DNA of 64,000 nucleotides from Chrysomallon squamiferum (GCA_012295275.1 CM022679.1:4464001-4528000); one strand, 5' to 3'; counted from the stretch's first letter, positions 44,617-59,752 are shown. Numbers and translations are program-made. Notes: generated by a model from the sequence alone, not told the origin.

Positions 44617-44875
44617 ATCACAAGTTTTTTGTGAACATCTTGTTATAGGAAGCTCTGAAAATGCGTTAGAAATTCAGCAAACAAAGGAAGAGACAGATGA
44701 ACAAGTAAACAAACAGACCGAAAACTATCGATACAAAGTTAAACTATTAGAATATTTTTAGCATTTATCAAACAAATGGCAAAGGAAAAGATGAAGAAAA
44801 AAACGAAGACAAAGAAGAAAGACGATGTCGATGATGATGTTGATGATGATGATGATGATGATGAAGACAAACGAA
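44617..44875 (+). repeat. Left arm of inverted repeat IR2 (partner 46081-46377)
   Basis: atcacaag...gtgaacatcttgtta...agctctgaaa... aligns with the reverse complement of 46190-46377. There is a 34-nt exact block (44747-44780 vs 46202-46235), and weaker similarity continues into the GAT/ATC repeats. Confidence 0.92.
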
Positions 44876-44890
44876 TCTTAAGCAAAGAAT

Positions 44891-45325
44891 AAAAACCCGA
44901 ACTGTTACTGTTTTGCATTACATGATCAAACCTTTACCAATGATAGAGTACTGTTTGGGTTTATCATGCGTGTTTAATGCTTCTTAGAGTTATCAAGTTC
45001 CTCAACAAAACCAACGATTATTAATAACAAAATAGGACAGTTTTTCTTACGTCGTTAAAACCAATTTTTACTGGTTCTAAGGTACGGCAATGCAGTTAGA
45101 AACCAGAGGAGATACACCGACGCAGTCATTTTACTTTATTCGTGAAACCCAACCTTTAAAAACAATAAAGTATAATAACTATATAAGAAACCCCCAGGAG
45201 ATGAATACAGACTGCCGTTTTATCTTATTTTGTGACCGAAACTTCACAAATAATAAAGTCTGAGAAAAACCCGAACTGTCTTTGTTTTGCACCGCAGGAT
45301 CCAACCTTTAGCAATAAGAAAGTAC
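44891..45325 (+). repeat. Two ~60 bp diverged direct repeats (44891-44951, 45265-45325) inside the IR2 spacer
   Basis: Shared pattern aaaaacccgaactgt...tgttttgca...gatc.aaccttta.caat...agtac. Confidence 0.8.
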
Positions 45326-46080
45326 AATAACAAAAACAAAAATGTTTTTACCATTTTATATTGCTTTATTAAAAAAAAAAAAAAAAAAAAAAAAACAGGT
45401 GAAAGAAAGCTAACGGAATGAAAAGAAATTGAAAGATATACCAGCTTTATGAGTGATTTACTCATGTTTGTTTGCTTACCTTTATCTCCAGTAACATTTA
45501 CCGTTTTAGTTATCACTCGGTGTTTTTTTAGCAGCAAGTGATGTTTTATATACAGATTTCACGCTGGTAGGATAACACATATTTTTATTTTTTTATTTAT
45601 CAGTCGTGCTGTAGTTGTCTAAAATTAGGTATAAGTCTATTGGCGTATTCTGCTGAAGTGTAAACTTCTTTCTTTCGGTTAAGATCGTTCCGGCTTCAAA
45701 TTTCTATTTCTAAACGTTTTGATAGCAAACGTCATTAACTGCTGTTCAGATTTAATATTTAATTTCCAGCACGCCAGAAAGCATGTTTTGTTTTTTATAC
45801 TTGTTTTGTTGAGTGGTTTATTCTTTCTTTCTTTGCTTGCTTGTTTTGTTTGTTTGATTCTTTCTTTGTGCGTTTGTTTTTGTTGTTTGTGTTTTTGTTG
45901 TTGTTATTATTTTTTATTGGTTTGTTTATTTGTTTATTGTTGTTATTTTGGTTTGTTTTGGGGTTTTTAGTTGTTTTTTTGTTGTTGTTGTTTGCTTGTT
46001 GTCGGGCTTTTTTTGTATTGTTTTGTTTTTGTGGTAGACATACACTGAGTAACGAACTATAATCCTTCTTGGGTTTACCG

Positions 46081-46377
46081 TCGTTTCAGTATCATCACCA
46101 TCATTATCATCATCATTATAATCTTCTTTTTCTTTGTGTTCGTTTTCTTTTTTTCGTTCTTTTTTTCTTCTTTTTTTCTTCTTATTTTGATCTTTTCCTT
46201 CGCCATTTGTTTGATAAATGCTAAAAATATTCTAACAGTTTAATATAACTCGATAGTTTTCGGTTTGTTTGTCTTCTTCTTCTTCTTCTTCTTCTTCTGC
46301 CTCTTCCATTGTTTGCTGAAATTCTAACGAACTTTCAGAGCTTCGTATTAACAAGATGTTCACAAAAGGCTTGTGAT
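46081..46377 (-). repeat. Right arm of inverted repeat IR2
   Basis: Reverse complement of 44617-44875. A (CTT)n expansion at about 46272-46298 is present in this arm only. Confidence 0.92.
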
Positions 46378-46619
46378 CTCAGTTAGCAAAGAAAGCTGAC
46401 ACTTAACGATATTTCATAACAACGTTCTTAGTCAAAAAAATCAATCTGTTTCTGTCTTCTACAATTCCCATTTGAAAAAAAAAAACAAGCCGTGCAACTA
46501 TTTACGTCATGTAGTTCGTGGGTGCATCACGTAATCTGTTTTAAAATGTAGAATGTTTCTTCTGACAGATGAATGCGACTTTCTAAAAGGTCATGTTTGC
46601 GGTACTTAAGAGGTTTCAA

Positions 46620-46760
46620 GAGGTTCTCGATAAATTTCCGCCTGACTTTTGTCATCCAGGAAGTACTGCTTTCACAATGGTCGGGGATTGAGATTGCGAC
46701 TTCCGGTCATGGCGTGCTAGCAGACGAGAACGCGTCAGAAGAGCTCGGCGAGTGAAAGTT
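46620..46760. promoter_or_regulatory. ETS/YY1 motif cluster
   Basis: caggaagt (about 46657), acttccgg (about 46699) and catggcg (about 46708) within a CpG-rich patch. Confidence 0.3.
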
Positions 46761-46994
46761 ACCAAATTAGGAAAATGCTACGATAAAAGAATTCCTTTAA
46801 AAAGGAAATTATTTTTTCTTTTTTTGTTTCTCTTCAGTGAAAAAGTAATTATAATAACAATGTTCTGCTAAACTATAAAAAGGATGCATTATCTTTTCTC
46901 AACAGGTTTTTTTTATTTTAGTTTTTTAGTTTAGTTTAGTTTAGTTTAGTTTAGTTTTTTAAACGTTTTATTAAATGTCGTATCATTGTGACCC

Positions 46995-47037
<43 letters not shown>

Positions 47038-47313
47038 TGTTGTTGTTGTTGCTGTTGTTGTTGTTGTTGTTGTTTTTTGTTGTTTGTTTGTTTGTTGTTT
47101 ATTTGTTCGTTTTTCTTGTTGTTGTTTTTAGTCTGGTTTTGGGGGGGGTTTCCCTCCATTATTCTTCTGTAGTATTAACATATTGCATCAGTTTTATACA
47201 TTCATATGTTAGTCATTTGAATATTAATACACGTTATTAAATTAACTAATTAATAATAATAATAATAATAATAATACATTTACGTAATTTCTCTATTATG
47301 TTTATTGTTGTTG

Positions 47314-47353
<40 letters not shown>

Positions 47354-48041
47354 CATCATAATCATAATCATCATTATCACTATTGATGTACTTAATGAGT
47401 TTGTATTTATTCTATATATTTTGTCGACAACTGAAATAAATAAAATAATAACAAAAAAGTTGTTCATTATTTTTCTAATTTCCGGCAGTCTCTTTAACTA
47501 CAATGAATGGATCTTTCAAACTAGTTTGTCAAACTACTTCTTTTTTTTTTTTTTTTTTTTTTTACTTTTCTTTTGCGGTATTTCGATCTATATCATATGT
47601 TCTATTGACTGCTTCATAATTAGTCAACGATATAAAAATAGATGGAGAAAATTAGTTTTTTGCAGACACATTGTAATTAAAAACCTTTTTAATTTTATTT
47701 TTATGGCGACAGCCGAAACCCATAACAGAGGAACAGAAGGTAGATATAGATTTCAAATTGTCATTATCGTTTTTGTTCTGTTTTTGTGTATTCTTATTAA
47801 CTGTTTCATATTTTTTTCATTTACTGCTACCGTTATCAAAAGTGTATGGAATATGTTTGGTTTTTTTTATCTCAAAATATAGTGAAAAACAATTGTTAAT
47901 AATATGTATTGTTTTGAAGTGTCAATAAATTAATTATTAATAGTTATCTGTGTTTGTACGTACGTACATGTATATGTATATTTGTATATATGAATGTTTG
48001 CACACACACACACACACACACAAATACATATATATCAGTCT

Positions 48042-48136
<95 letters not shown>

Positions 48137-48642
48137 TTTACAGTTTCTATCAAACCAGATTACCAGAGGGAAGATCAGCCAATATAAAATTAATAACAAA
48201 AATGCAATTATCGTTGTTATTGTAATACGCGCCTGTGGCTAAATTACAAATATCTCTGTATCTCATTCTTACCTTTTTTTCTGCTTTTTTTTTCTCTCTC
48301 TCTCTACTTCTGTGTTTTTTTATTCTCTGGTGATGACAATGATTAAATTAAGCCTTGTATCGGTAAGTGTTCAGTACTGATGGCAAACACACACCTAACA
48401 GAAACCTTTCACTGAGTAGGCTGCGCGTAACTGAACTGCCATCATCATAAATTCCAGCATGCTGTGAAGATCGCGTTTGAAAAGAAGCATTATTTTAATA
48501 TTGCTGTTCAAACACTGTATTGAAGTCGTGGATAATTATGAGTGCTGGTGTGCATGGTTTTTCTCTGAACAAAGATACAGACGTTGCAACATTGAAAAAA
48601 GATACTGTTGTTACTACTAATAATTTGTATTATTATTATTAT

Positions 48643-48693
<51 letters not shown>

Positions 48694-48768
48694 CAGTAGT
48701 AGTGGTAGTGGTATTCGTCCGTTGGTTCGTTCATTCTGTTTTATTTTATTTAATTGTTGTTTTTATTT

Positions 48769-48833
<65 letters not shown>

Positions 48834-48869
48834 TTTTTTTTTTTTTTATTATTATTATTTTTTAAATAT

Positions 48870-48907
<38 letters not shown>

Positions 48908-49450
48908 ATATTGTTTCTGTTTTTCATTTTGCAAAATGCATAAGGTTTTGAATTATACTGGGTAACGGAGACCAAGTAAATATTGTGTGTAAAAATAATA
49001 ATTACAATAGGTCCGCGGGGATTCAAGGAGGCTCCATCTTCTATTCTTTTGTTTGCGGTGATGACGTCAGTTCTAACACAGAAAACAAAATGTCGGCCTA
49101 CGTGTTTCACAGACTGATTGTTACGGTGATATATTTTATATTTATTAGTATATCTTATTTCACGTTTGTTTTAAAGCCCTTTGTAAAAGAAAAAAGAAAC
49201 AATAATCTGAAAATAAACACATTTGTTTTACAATTTGATATCTCTAGGGGTTCTTTTTTAAAAACATTTATTGGTTTGGTTTTGGGGTTGTTGTTGTTGT
49301 TGTTTGAGGTTTTGAGGGGGCGTCAGGGCATCATCATCATCATCGTATTATTATTGTTATCGTTATTGTTTCGTTGCCGTTGTTGTTGGTTTTTGATTAT
49401 AAGTATTTGGTTTTTCAAAAGAATATGTATACTGCGTGTATTTATAATAA

Positions 49451-49501
<51 letters not shown>

Positions 49502-50245
49502 TAGCAGCAGCAGCCCTGAGATTATTAAAATATTAAATGTATTTATAATTTTAAAATGAACACAAAAACAGAAAAACGTATTCTCTATAACACCAAACAA
49601 ATAAATGAATCATTAATGATATTTCCTCTGTCTACCAGGACATCTTCTAAAGAAGACTGCACAAAGTCCTCAGTTTCTACAGACTGTATAGTACAGTAAG
49701 TAACCTTGACATCGACTCAAGCGTTCGTCACGAACACGTTAAAAATTTAATTACTGTTTTCGTACTTTTCCATACATAATAAAATAAAATAAAAAAAATC
49801 TGAAAACAGACATCATCTGCACGTTCTGTAATATTTCATAATTACAAACAATCGTTCGGACAGAAATGAACCAAAATGGCGACTGTTAATTATCTCACAA
49901 GCGGAACAAAAAGAAGATACCAGTCGCAATGTCTTCTGGTTCTGAATAAATCATGATAAAGTGAGACTGAACCAATTGGTTTAGTTTTTGTAAATATTTG
50001 CTTTCCTTAAGTTATGAAAAACAAACGGAGTAAAGGAAGACGATGGAATCGAGACGAATTAACATGCGAAGTATTTTCCATTGTTAAACGAAGCCTGTTA
50101 AATCATCTGTCAGTCCGCAAGCTCTAAATGTTGGAAATCTTTTACTGCTGAGGAAAGAATGATTTACTGCATGTGTATTGTATTACAGCACCGACTGTAA
50201 AACCAGTTTGCATTTACTTTCATTTATTATTATTATTATTATTAT

Positions 50246-50316
<71 letters not shown>

Positions 50317-50317
50317 A

Positions 50318-50351
<34 letters not shown>
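50246..50351. repeat. (AGT)n microsatellite
   Basis: Directly visible. Similar tracts occur at 6010-6145 and 48642-48710. Confidence 0.97.
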
Positions 50352-50352
<1 letters not shown>

Positions 50353-51397
50353 ACATCAGACAGTAACTACAACTATTCTTGAACCTGTAGTTACTGCTGC
50401 TGTAACTGCTTCTGTTGCTACAATTATTACTCGTTCTACTAAACTGCTTTCACTACCACTACCACAACTACTAGTAATAATAATAATATTGTTGTTGTTC
50501 TTCTTCTTATTATTATTATTATTAGTAGTAGTAGTAGTAGTAGTAGTAGTACTTCTGCTACTACTACTACTAATACCACTATTACTAATATTACAACTTC
50601 CAGTACTAACACCATAACGATAACGTCGACGATCCATTTTCCTTCAAGACTGACGTTTCTGAATTCGAGATGACAACAACAACAACAACATCAACCTGTT
50701 TTCTATCTTGTTGCTGAATACAAACCATTAAACTGTTTTGATGCTTGTGAACTCTTCCCTTTGGAATATTTGTGGCTTCTAAACACAGTTAAGGATTCAG
50801 CGTATGTCGACAGACACAAACTGTGTTAGTACTTAACGAAAAGAGCTGTCAGAAAAATGCGACTTTTTTTCTTTTTTGCTTTCTTATTTCTAAAACTTAC
50901 CGAGGATTTGCAATTCAGTTCTATTGTTTTTTTCTCACATCCTTAAAGATGCTTTTGTCAACATCATTAAGTCAATACAAGAAGCATGTAAAGATTTTTT
51001 ATTTCTCTCTTCCTTTTAATTTTTTTTTTTTTTTTTTTTTTTTTTTCATCCGAACATTTTGCGGGGAAACTGGGAATATCACAAAGATATGCTAGCAGCC
51101 GTGGAATGTTTACCACACACAATGAAACCCACGTGTTTGTGTCTAACGGAATAACAGAAAAGAAGCAAGAATACATACATTCATACAGAGATACATAGAT
51201 ATAGATACAAACACACACACACACACACACACTAAGAACAAACATAGACAGGTGATTTTAAAGGAAACATATAACGATTAAAACCTTTTCTTTTTCTGCT
51301 TTTCTTAATTTTTAAAAATTAATTTTTTTTTTTTTTTTCATTTTTATTTTTTTTTTTTTTCATATTACTTTTCTTTTTCTTTTTTCTTTTTTTCATA

Positions 51398-51441
<44 letters not shown>

Positions 51442-52074
51442 TCCGGTTACCAGACTGTACAGACAAAATGGCGAGATGTTGGTAATTTACATTTCATGCT
51501 CAATTTTGTTCTAAACTCACCTCGACCTAAAATGAAATGTCAAAAAAGCATATCATTTATAACTTAATTCTAAATTTTTTTTACAATTCAGAAATATTCG
51601 CTTGTCAGGTCTAAGTTTCCACTTCCATACAAAAATAAGCTGTTGGCAGGGGAAAGCAGCCTGAAATTACCAAAGGGTTTTAGTTGGTTGGTTGTTGGTA
51701 AGCTCGCTTCTTAGAACGTGGAGCACCAACTTCACCGGGTAAGCTGTATTCCATCCGAGCAGATAAAGACTCTCGCATGTTAATCCTGGAGACTGCTCAT
51801 CTCGAGTTTGTTATTTCAATCAGCGTCTTCGGTTTATCCCTCTACACATAAATATCAGCTTTCATGTTAATCCGTGCGCTAGATTGCTGTTAAAATTGTT
51901 TTTTTATGGCCTAGAGTGAAAACAAAGTTTAGGCCTAAATACTGCATGTATTTACATTATCGTGTTTTTATATCAACAAACAGATATAACTGTATATATG
52001 AATGTGTGTGTGTGTGTGTGTGTGTATAGATATATATTTATATAGACAAGTAGACAGTTAGATATATATATATA

Positions 52075-52181
52075 TACAGACAGATAGATAGATATTTATA
52101 TAGATAGATAGCTAGATAGATAGACAGACAAATAGACAGACAGACAGACATACAAACAGACAGACAAACAGACAGACAGAC

Positions 52182-52238
<57 letters not shown>
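52075..52238. repeat. (GATA)/(GACA) tetranucleotide repeat
   Basis: Directly visible. Confidence 0.95.
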
Positions 52239-52240
<2 letters not shown>

Positions 52241-52818
52241 AGAGGAAATAAGAGTAAGAATGTGTGTGGGCGTGTTAGAATATTAACCTTTTATTATAAT
52301 CCCTGACATTTTTTATTTTTTTTTTAAATCTAAAAGATGTATCTAGAAGAAAATTAACTGACAGGTTCTAATGGTTTTCTTAAAGAAAGCATACTTTTAA
52401 TTCATCTTTAAAATCATCGAACCGGAAAAAACAAATTATAATAAAACTCATGGCTCGTCATTTCAGAAATTCTCTGTAAACATCTTTCGTGTGAAGAAGA
52501 CACGACATTTTCGAAAAGTCATCAAATGGAATATTACGCGTCTAATCTTTAATCTCTTTCGTTTCTTTCGATGCTAATTGGCCTGTCAAAATAAAGACGA
52601 TGGTATAAACGCGCGAAAATACATATCAGAGGAAAACGACGTCCACGTAGTTGTCAAAACGTCAGCAGACAAAGCCCAAATGATAAATGCAATCGGAAGC
52701 AAAAACGTGCCGGTATCAGCTACGTTCGGGCACGTCCGTCATCAACACGACCTTTGACCTATGAGTTAAAATTTCCGTGATAGAGGTGTCAGTTTCACTG
52801 TAGTTCATTTCTTTGTAA

Positions 52819-53054
52819 GTTTTCTTCCGTCACAGAATATAGCACAGCATCAGAAGACTTTGGCCACATACTATAGGAAACAGGATCGAAACTTGTTTTC
52901 TCTTCCTTCACAGAATAGAGCACAGTATTAGAAGACTTTCGCCACATGCTATAGGAAGCAGGATCGAAACTCGTTTTCTCTTCCTTCACAGAATAGAGCA
53001 CAGTATTAGAAGACTTTCGCCACATGCTTTAGGAAGCAGGATCGAAACTCGTTT
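52819..53054 (+). repeat. 78-bp tandem repeat, 3 copies
   Basis: gttttctcttccttcacagaatagagcacagtattagaagactttcgccacatgctataggaagcaggatcgaaactc x3. The 26-aa periodicity in ORF 52795..53025 agrees with the unit length. Confidence 0.95.
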
Positions 53055-53759
53055 GTTACGTTTACAATTCCTGTTTGTGTTCACCTTAACAGGATCAGTA
53101 AATTCTTTGGCCTGATCGAATACTTCGAGTAACATGCAGTCTACGCTACAGAATGAACTTCAAGTTACAAGTTACCATTAACACGGAGTATTACATTAAA
53201 AAACAGCGAATGTTACAAACATCCTTAAATGCAGAATATTTCGAGTTACAGATATCCTATTATACCAAAATGTAACTTGAGTTTCAGGTAGATTATAATA
53301 ACAAAATTAATGTTCTTCCAGTTATAAGTGTTCAGTGACACCTAATATAATTCGAGTTACCAGTTATATATCATTCACTGAACTTTCCAAAATTAATTTA
53401 AAAAAAAAAGAAGAAAAACAAAGGAAAGGAAAGGAAAGGAAGAGGGAAAGAAAGAGAAAAAGAAAGAAACAAATAAAGAAAGAAAATAAAGAAAAAATAT
53501 TTTACATAAGGAAAAGTCATATTAACCTGAGAGATGCTAAAATGAACCCGGGTCAGGGTAACCTTGTGCGGTGTTTTGTAAAACTAATCAAAGTCGTGCA
53601 GTCTGATCAGGGGCATGTCAGTGCGTGTTTGTTTTCAGTTACTCTTTGCTTTTGTCAGTACTTTTTTTTTAAACTTATTATTAAGTTAATTAGACTTACA
53701 TCCTTAACGTTATTCCATTACAGTGACGAGAGTGCTTTCTGCCTCTCAAACCTTTTCTC

Positions 53760-54052
<293 letters not shown>

Positions 54053-55053
54053 ATTTGTTACTCTTCACTGCAGTTTTCTCCCTCTTTGTTTCTTTCTTAT
54101 CACTCTTTTATTCGGAAGAGTCTTTTCTTTTCCAAAATCAAATTTTTTCTCTCTGTATACGTCATTCAACGTATAATTCAAAATCATTTGCTCATAGCAC
54201 GAATATGAGAAAGCATAACAATTCCTTTTATTTTTATTTATTTTTTTTTTTTTTTTTTTTTTTGTTTACTTTTTTTTTTTTTTTTTTATTAATTTTTTTT
54301 TTTTTTTTTTTTTTGTTAGTGTATGTGTTAATATACTTCGTTCTTTAAAAAAAAAAAAGAAGAAGAAACAAAAACAAGTCAGAAAAAAACTTCCGTTACA
54401 ACAGGTGTTGAGTTCTCTCCGGTAATGACAGATATATTCTGATTTCGGCCGCCGCTGTCTTATCATTTCAGACTAATGATACAATTTGCAAATCATCTCT
54501 GGCTTTCCAGCAACTTTAAAGCGAATCCGCCAGAAATCTTAGATAAATCTGCCATATGTCGAGCGTTTTTTCTGTTAACACGGAAGGTTATCTGACTGAT
54601 GAAATGCTAATCTCCTGGGAAATAAAAAAACAAATATTGACGGTTCCGATTCAGAAATGATGACACAATAAAATCATGACCGTAACTGACAAGATGTTGA
54701 GAAGGAAATGAAATTAAGATGAAGATATTTCCTAATTTAACACCATGAAGAAAAGAAAATGTTTTGACTGTTCTGGTCATGTAAATCTCTGAGGAATGTG
54801 TGGTTAATTAAGAATTACAGATAAACAGATATAGAAGCTGAGATTAACTGTAAAATTATCTCCGTAACACATGACCAGAACAATAAAATTGTTTTTCCTT
54901 TCGTCGTTTTGACTTGGGCAGTATATGTGTGGGCAGACAGAGAGGGATTGTTATACAGAGAAAAATACTACCGACATATACATATATGTAGATAGAAAGA
55001 CTAACAGACAAACAGACGGACAAATACATTTAGATAAATAGAGATAAAGGGGG

Positions 55054-55137
<84 letters not shown>

Positions 55138-55592
55138 GAGAGAGAGAGAGAAAAAGACAGAAAGAGAGAGAGAGATTTAAATTTAAAAAAATCAACAAAA
55201 GATCCATTAATCTCAATAGGTAAGTAATTCACTTGGAGCAAATTTAATTTTTAATCGGTTCGAGTATTCCCGAGCTCACGTGACAGCACCTGAAGCCTGC
55301 TGATTGAAGAACGTGTGTTGAAAAGCCGTTAAATTTAATATTCTCTGTACACATCAGTAATTAGCATGGCGTTCATTTCCCACTCACTAACAGTGTTTTC
55401 GGCGTCAGTTTCACGCAGGCCGCTTCATTAATAAGTTATTGAAATAAGGCGACGAACACGACATGTGTACAATTACTACCAGTTTCCAAGGCCAACTTAC
55501 CATGACGTTTTGCATACACCCAACCATCAACCCACGCAGACACCCTTTATATATATATTCATAAGCTAATGTTTGTTTTGAGTGTCTAGTTT

Positions 55593-55630
<38 letters not shown>

Positions 55631-56602
55631 TGAAACAAAAAAAAGAGAAAAATGTATTCCCTAGCACTCTAAAACATTTGATAAATCAAGAATTGCAAAA
55701 TGATCTTATGATGTGACTTAAAGTATCTATATTATGACGTTGCCGTGTTTTGTTTATGGGTTCGTTATTAAACTTCATATTTTGTGAAATTAAATTAATT
55801 AAGGTTTCTGTAAGACTTAGTCTGGTAGTTTTAGGTGTGAACAGTGCGGTCGGGCTTAGGGCGGAGTACACAGAGCCCTGCCCAGGCGTCCCAGAGGTTT
55901 AGGTACCAATCCATGTAGACAATGGCTTGGAACCATTAAATCTTTCTTGGTTGTGAATCTGTATACTATTTGTTTTTGTTTTTTTGCCAAAGAACCTGTA
56001 ATGCCGATGGTGAAGTATTAATTTTATATATAAACTGAAAAAGAGGAATCATTTAACACTATCTCCTCTTTCAGCATTACTACAAAACATAAAGTGTCCA
56101 AAAATCATTTAGATCTCCTTCTGAACCCATACCGAGATTCGATCGCAGTTCCAGTCAGCTATCAAATCGATAACATGCTTACTGTATTTAGGTCGGTCAT
56201 TGTTCTTAGCACACTGTTGTTAGATAAAGGTTTACAAATAGTGCTGTAAGGGAATGCCGGCCGTATTCTGTGTCACACTTTCTGCACGCAGTTTTATGTA
56301 TAGTTATCATAATTGGGTGATTACGAAAATGCAGCAGAATTTGCCCCGAAAGCAAAGATATTTACAAATAGATGAGTATTTTAGTAAAAATGTTAGCAGG
56401 CTTCTCCTGTTCTTTCAAAGTATTTTATAAATTTATTTATTTATTTATCTATTTATTTATTTTTCAGACCGCTGTCATGACTATGATTACTTCAACTAAA
56501 ACAATTTGTATGTAAAAAGCAGAAATATTAATTAGAAGACCAACAACCACAAAAACAACAACAACAGTAACAACAACAGTAGTGATAATGATAATAACAA
56601 TA

Positions 56603-56650
56603 TCAAATAACTGGTGAGATTCACAAGTCTGTGGCACGCATTGTTATGTT
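56603..56650 (+). repeat. Short dispersed repeat, copy 2
   Basis: Matches 26084-26132 in the same orientation, 30.5 kb away. Confidence 0.85.
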
Positions 56651-57753
56651 ATGTTTATAACGAAGGTGTGCATGTGAAGTATATCAACATAAACACGAAA
56701 GTCTTTTTTTTTTGTTATTAAATTACTGTATGGGTATATAAAATTACATATATTTCAGTAAGGCATATGTACTGCATATATATATATATATTGTACACGT
56801 ATGAATGAATATGTACGTTTATACAGATCCCTCTAATTGTCGAAACGTGTTAAAAAGCCGATCACTGAAATATCATGATTGAAATATCTCCTTACACAAA
56901 GTGATGAGACTAATTCAGTGTTTTCGCAACACAGCTCAAAGGTGTAATTAAATAATTAAACGCTCAGCGAGAACGGGATATGTAAATTCTGTGAACTAAC
57001 AGCATGAATGGTGCTGTCGTTCACCGCGTTGTTATCAAACAGGGGGATACACGGACGTCTTCAAAACACAATTATCAAAAAGAAGAAGAAAAAAAAAATG
57101 CATGATGATAATTAGATTACCTTAAACTGCACGCGGCAACCGCTAAAAATCCGTGGTATGTTGCATTTCGGTCTCTGGGAAAATGCTTAGGAAAGACTGC
57201 TTGCCAAGTTCCGGTAGGAGTAACCCTTTTTCAAAAAAAAAAAGGTGCAGAGATGTTAATAAAAGTTACTGGTAAGAAACGTGACTTTCACAGACAATTT
57301 ATAAAACGTCCTACAAGTACATGTTTAAGTGTAACGAGTATTTCATTCGTGGTTTTTGAGTTAATTCATTCGCTCTCGAGATTTCGCTCAAAACATTTTT
57401 TTTTTTTTTTTTTCATATATCTGATCATTCACCTGTAATTCGTTCCTTATATCTACCAGCGACTGTCTAAACGCTGATGTATGTTATAAATACTCAGTCC
57501 TCGTTATTTGTTATAAACTGCTTTAATATGTTAGCCAGTGAGTTAGAGACATAACGTAGTGTTTTACACGTTTTCTGTTCGTTTCGTTGTGGTATTCTGG
57601 TTTCACTGGAATGTTTTTATAGCAGCATCTTAATTATGTCTTGTATCTAGTTAGCAGCATACTCAGAGCTCCATAAAGATTAATTTTTTAAAGTATCTAG
57701 ATTTGTTTTAGTCTTAAATTAAATTAAAAAGAAAGAAAAAAAAAAATTCGTTT

Positions 57754-57899
<146 letters not shown>

Positions 57900-58054
57900 G
57901 TGTATATATATATATAGCCTATAAAGTCGCCTCTCGACTGACATTTGTTATTTTCAGATTTTATAGCGTATACATAAATTTAATGCTTAGACCATTCAAT
58001 TAACAAAAGGATATCTACTGACGTTACGTGATGGAGTAAGCTTTTCTGTCAACA

Positions 58055-58137
58055 GACTAGGATTTTTTTATGCACCATCCTATAGACTAGATGTTCTATT
58101 CTACGCCCCTTAATAAATCAGTCTGGTGACAACTGGA
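58055..58137 (-). mobile_element. Possible decayed SINE central-domain fragment
   Basis: ggatttttttatgcaccatcctatagac...cagtctggtgacaactgg resembles, from unverified recollection, the body of an abundant gastropod tRNA-SINE. Confidence 0.35.
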
Positions 58138-59506
58138 TAATTGATCCTACTACCCGTATCGCCATAATCTTGTGTTTCAGTCATCCAACTGCTAACGTGC
58201 AAAATTCAGTCAGGCCTTTTTTTTTTTTATTCATTTATTTATTTTTATTTTTTTTATTTATGATACCAGGTACAATAGTACCCCTAAGCAAAAAAAAAAA
58301 AAAAAAAAACACAAAACAATCCGAGCAAGATGAAATCACTTCACATCACCACTTCAGCAGAATTACTTTTTTTTTTTTTTTTTTTGTCACTTCATCTCAT
58401 TCACTCACCAACGTGAGTTATTGTTCTCACTCCGTCGCTTTCATTCGCGGAAACCAGAGCAAACATTGGCCATCGACGTTTATAACCGTCAGTTTATTTA
58501 TATAATTACGAGGCGCTAAACACACGAGTAACGGTAATTATTTCACACTGTTTGCCTTCCATGAAAATATTGTTATCTCTTTGTAACTTAATACGAATGA
58601 AAGACTTTGGTTTATGGTTGGGATATTGCGTGAGATGGACGTTACGATTTGCAGTTCGAATCGTGTGATTTCTGCAACTTCGTAATAAACCGTAATGAAA
58701 GACGGTTTTATGTTTATGTGGAAAGAGAGAATGAGACATTTGGAATGTATTTAATATAGTCAGGGGGAAAGGGAAAAAAAATGTAAGACAAAGTAAAATT
58801 AGATGTATTGTATTTTTAAAATAAATAAAAATAAAAATAAAAACTAAATATATATATATATATTCATTGTTTTCTGCACGTCTAAAATATTTATCGTATT
58901 TTTTTTTATTTTATTTTATTTTACTTTTTTTTTCTTTCTTTCTTTATTTTATTTTATTTATTATTTATTAAATCTTTAATTTTATTTTTATTATTATTTT
59001 TTATTTATTTTTTATTTATTTTTTTAAATATTTTTTATTTATTTTTATTTATTTTCTCTTGTTGTTCTTATTTGTTTTAACATTCATATTTTCACCACCA
59101 TCAATCATGGTAATTTATTTCAATGTTCTCGTGATTTGAGGAAATAATCTTCACTTTTCAATTAACATGAAACTGTTACACGTGTATATTCCCACGGAAA
59201 GAGATACACAAGAAGCTGTAAAAAAGAAGCGTCAGGCAGGTTTGAACCAGTAACCCTCGTAACTCTTTGTCCCCAAAAAATCATTTTACAAAGAAAAATT
59301 ATACTAGGACTTATAAAATAAAACAAACAACAATTATATTTCATTTTTAATTTACCTATTTGATAAAATGAAACTGCATCACCTTTATGCTAAAATAAAT
59401 AAATTATGAAAAAAAAGATTAAGAAAATCATCTTTAAAATGAATGAAAAAATCTTTCTGATATTAATATTACCAGAAAACCTTTATTAAAAAAAAAAAAA
59501 AAAAAA

Positions 59507-59579
<73 letters not shown>

Positions 59580-59752
59580 TAATAATAAATAAAATAAAAT
59601 AAAAGTGAATTTAGAAAAAAAAAAAAAAAAAAAAAAAAAAAATAATAATAATAATAATAATAATTATAATAATAACAACAATAACATATACATTTCTAAG
59701 CTTACAATTTGTAAACATACTACATTAGAAGTATTTTTTTAAAAATTCACGT

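Noticed and set aside
51731-51760. miR-36-like seed tcaccgggta
   Set aside because: The flanks do not form a proper precursor hairpin.
52795-53025. ORF with a 26-aa repeat
   Set aside because: It is open because the 78-bp unit is a multiple of three. I see no recognisable family or convincing splice context.
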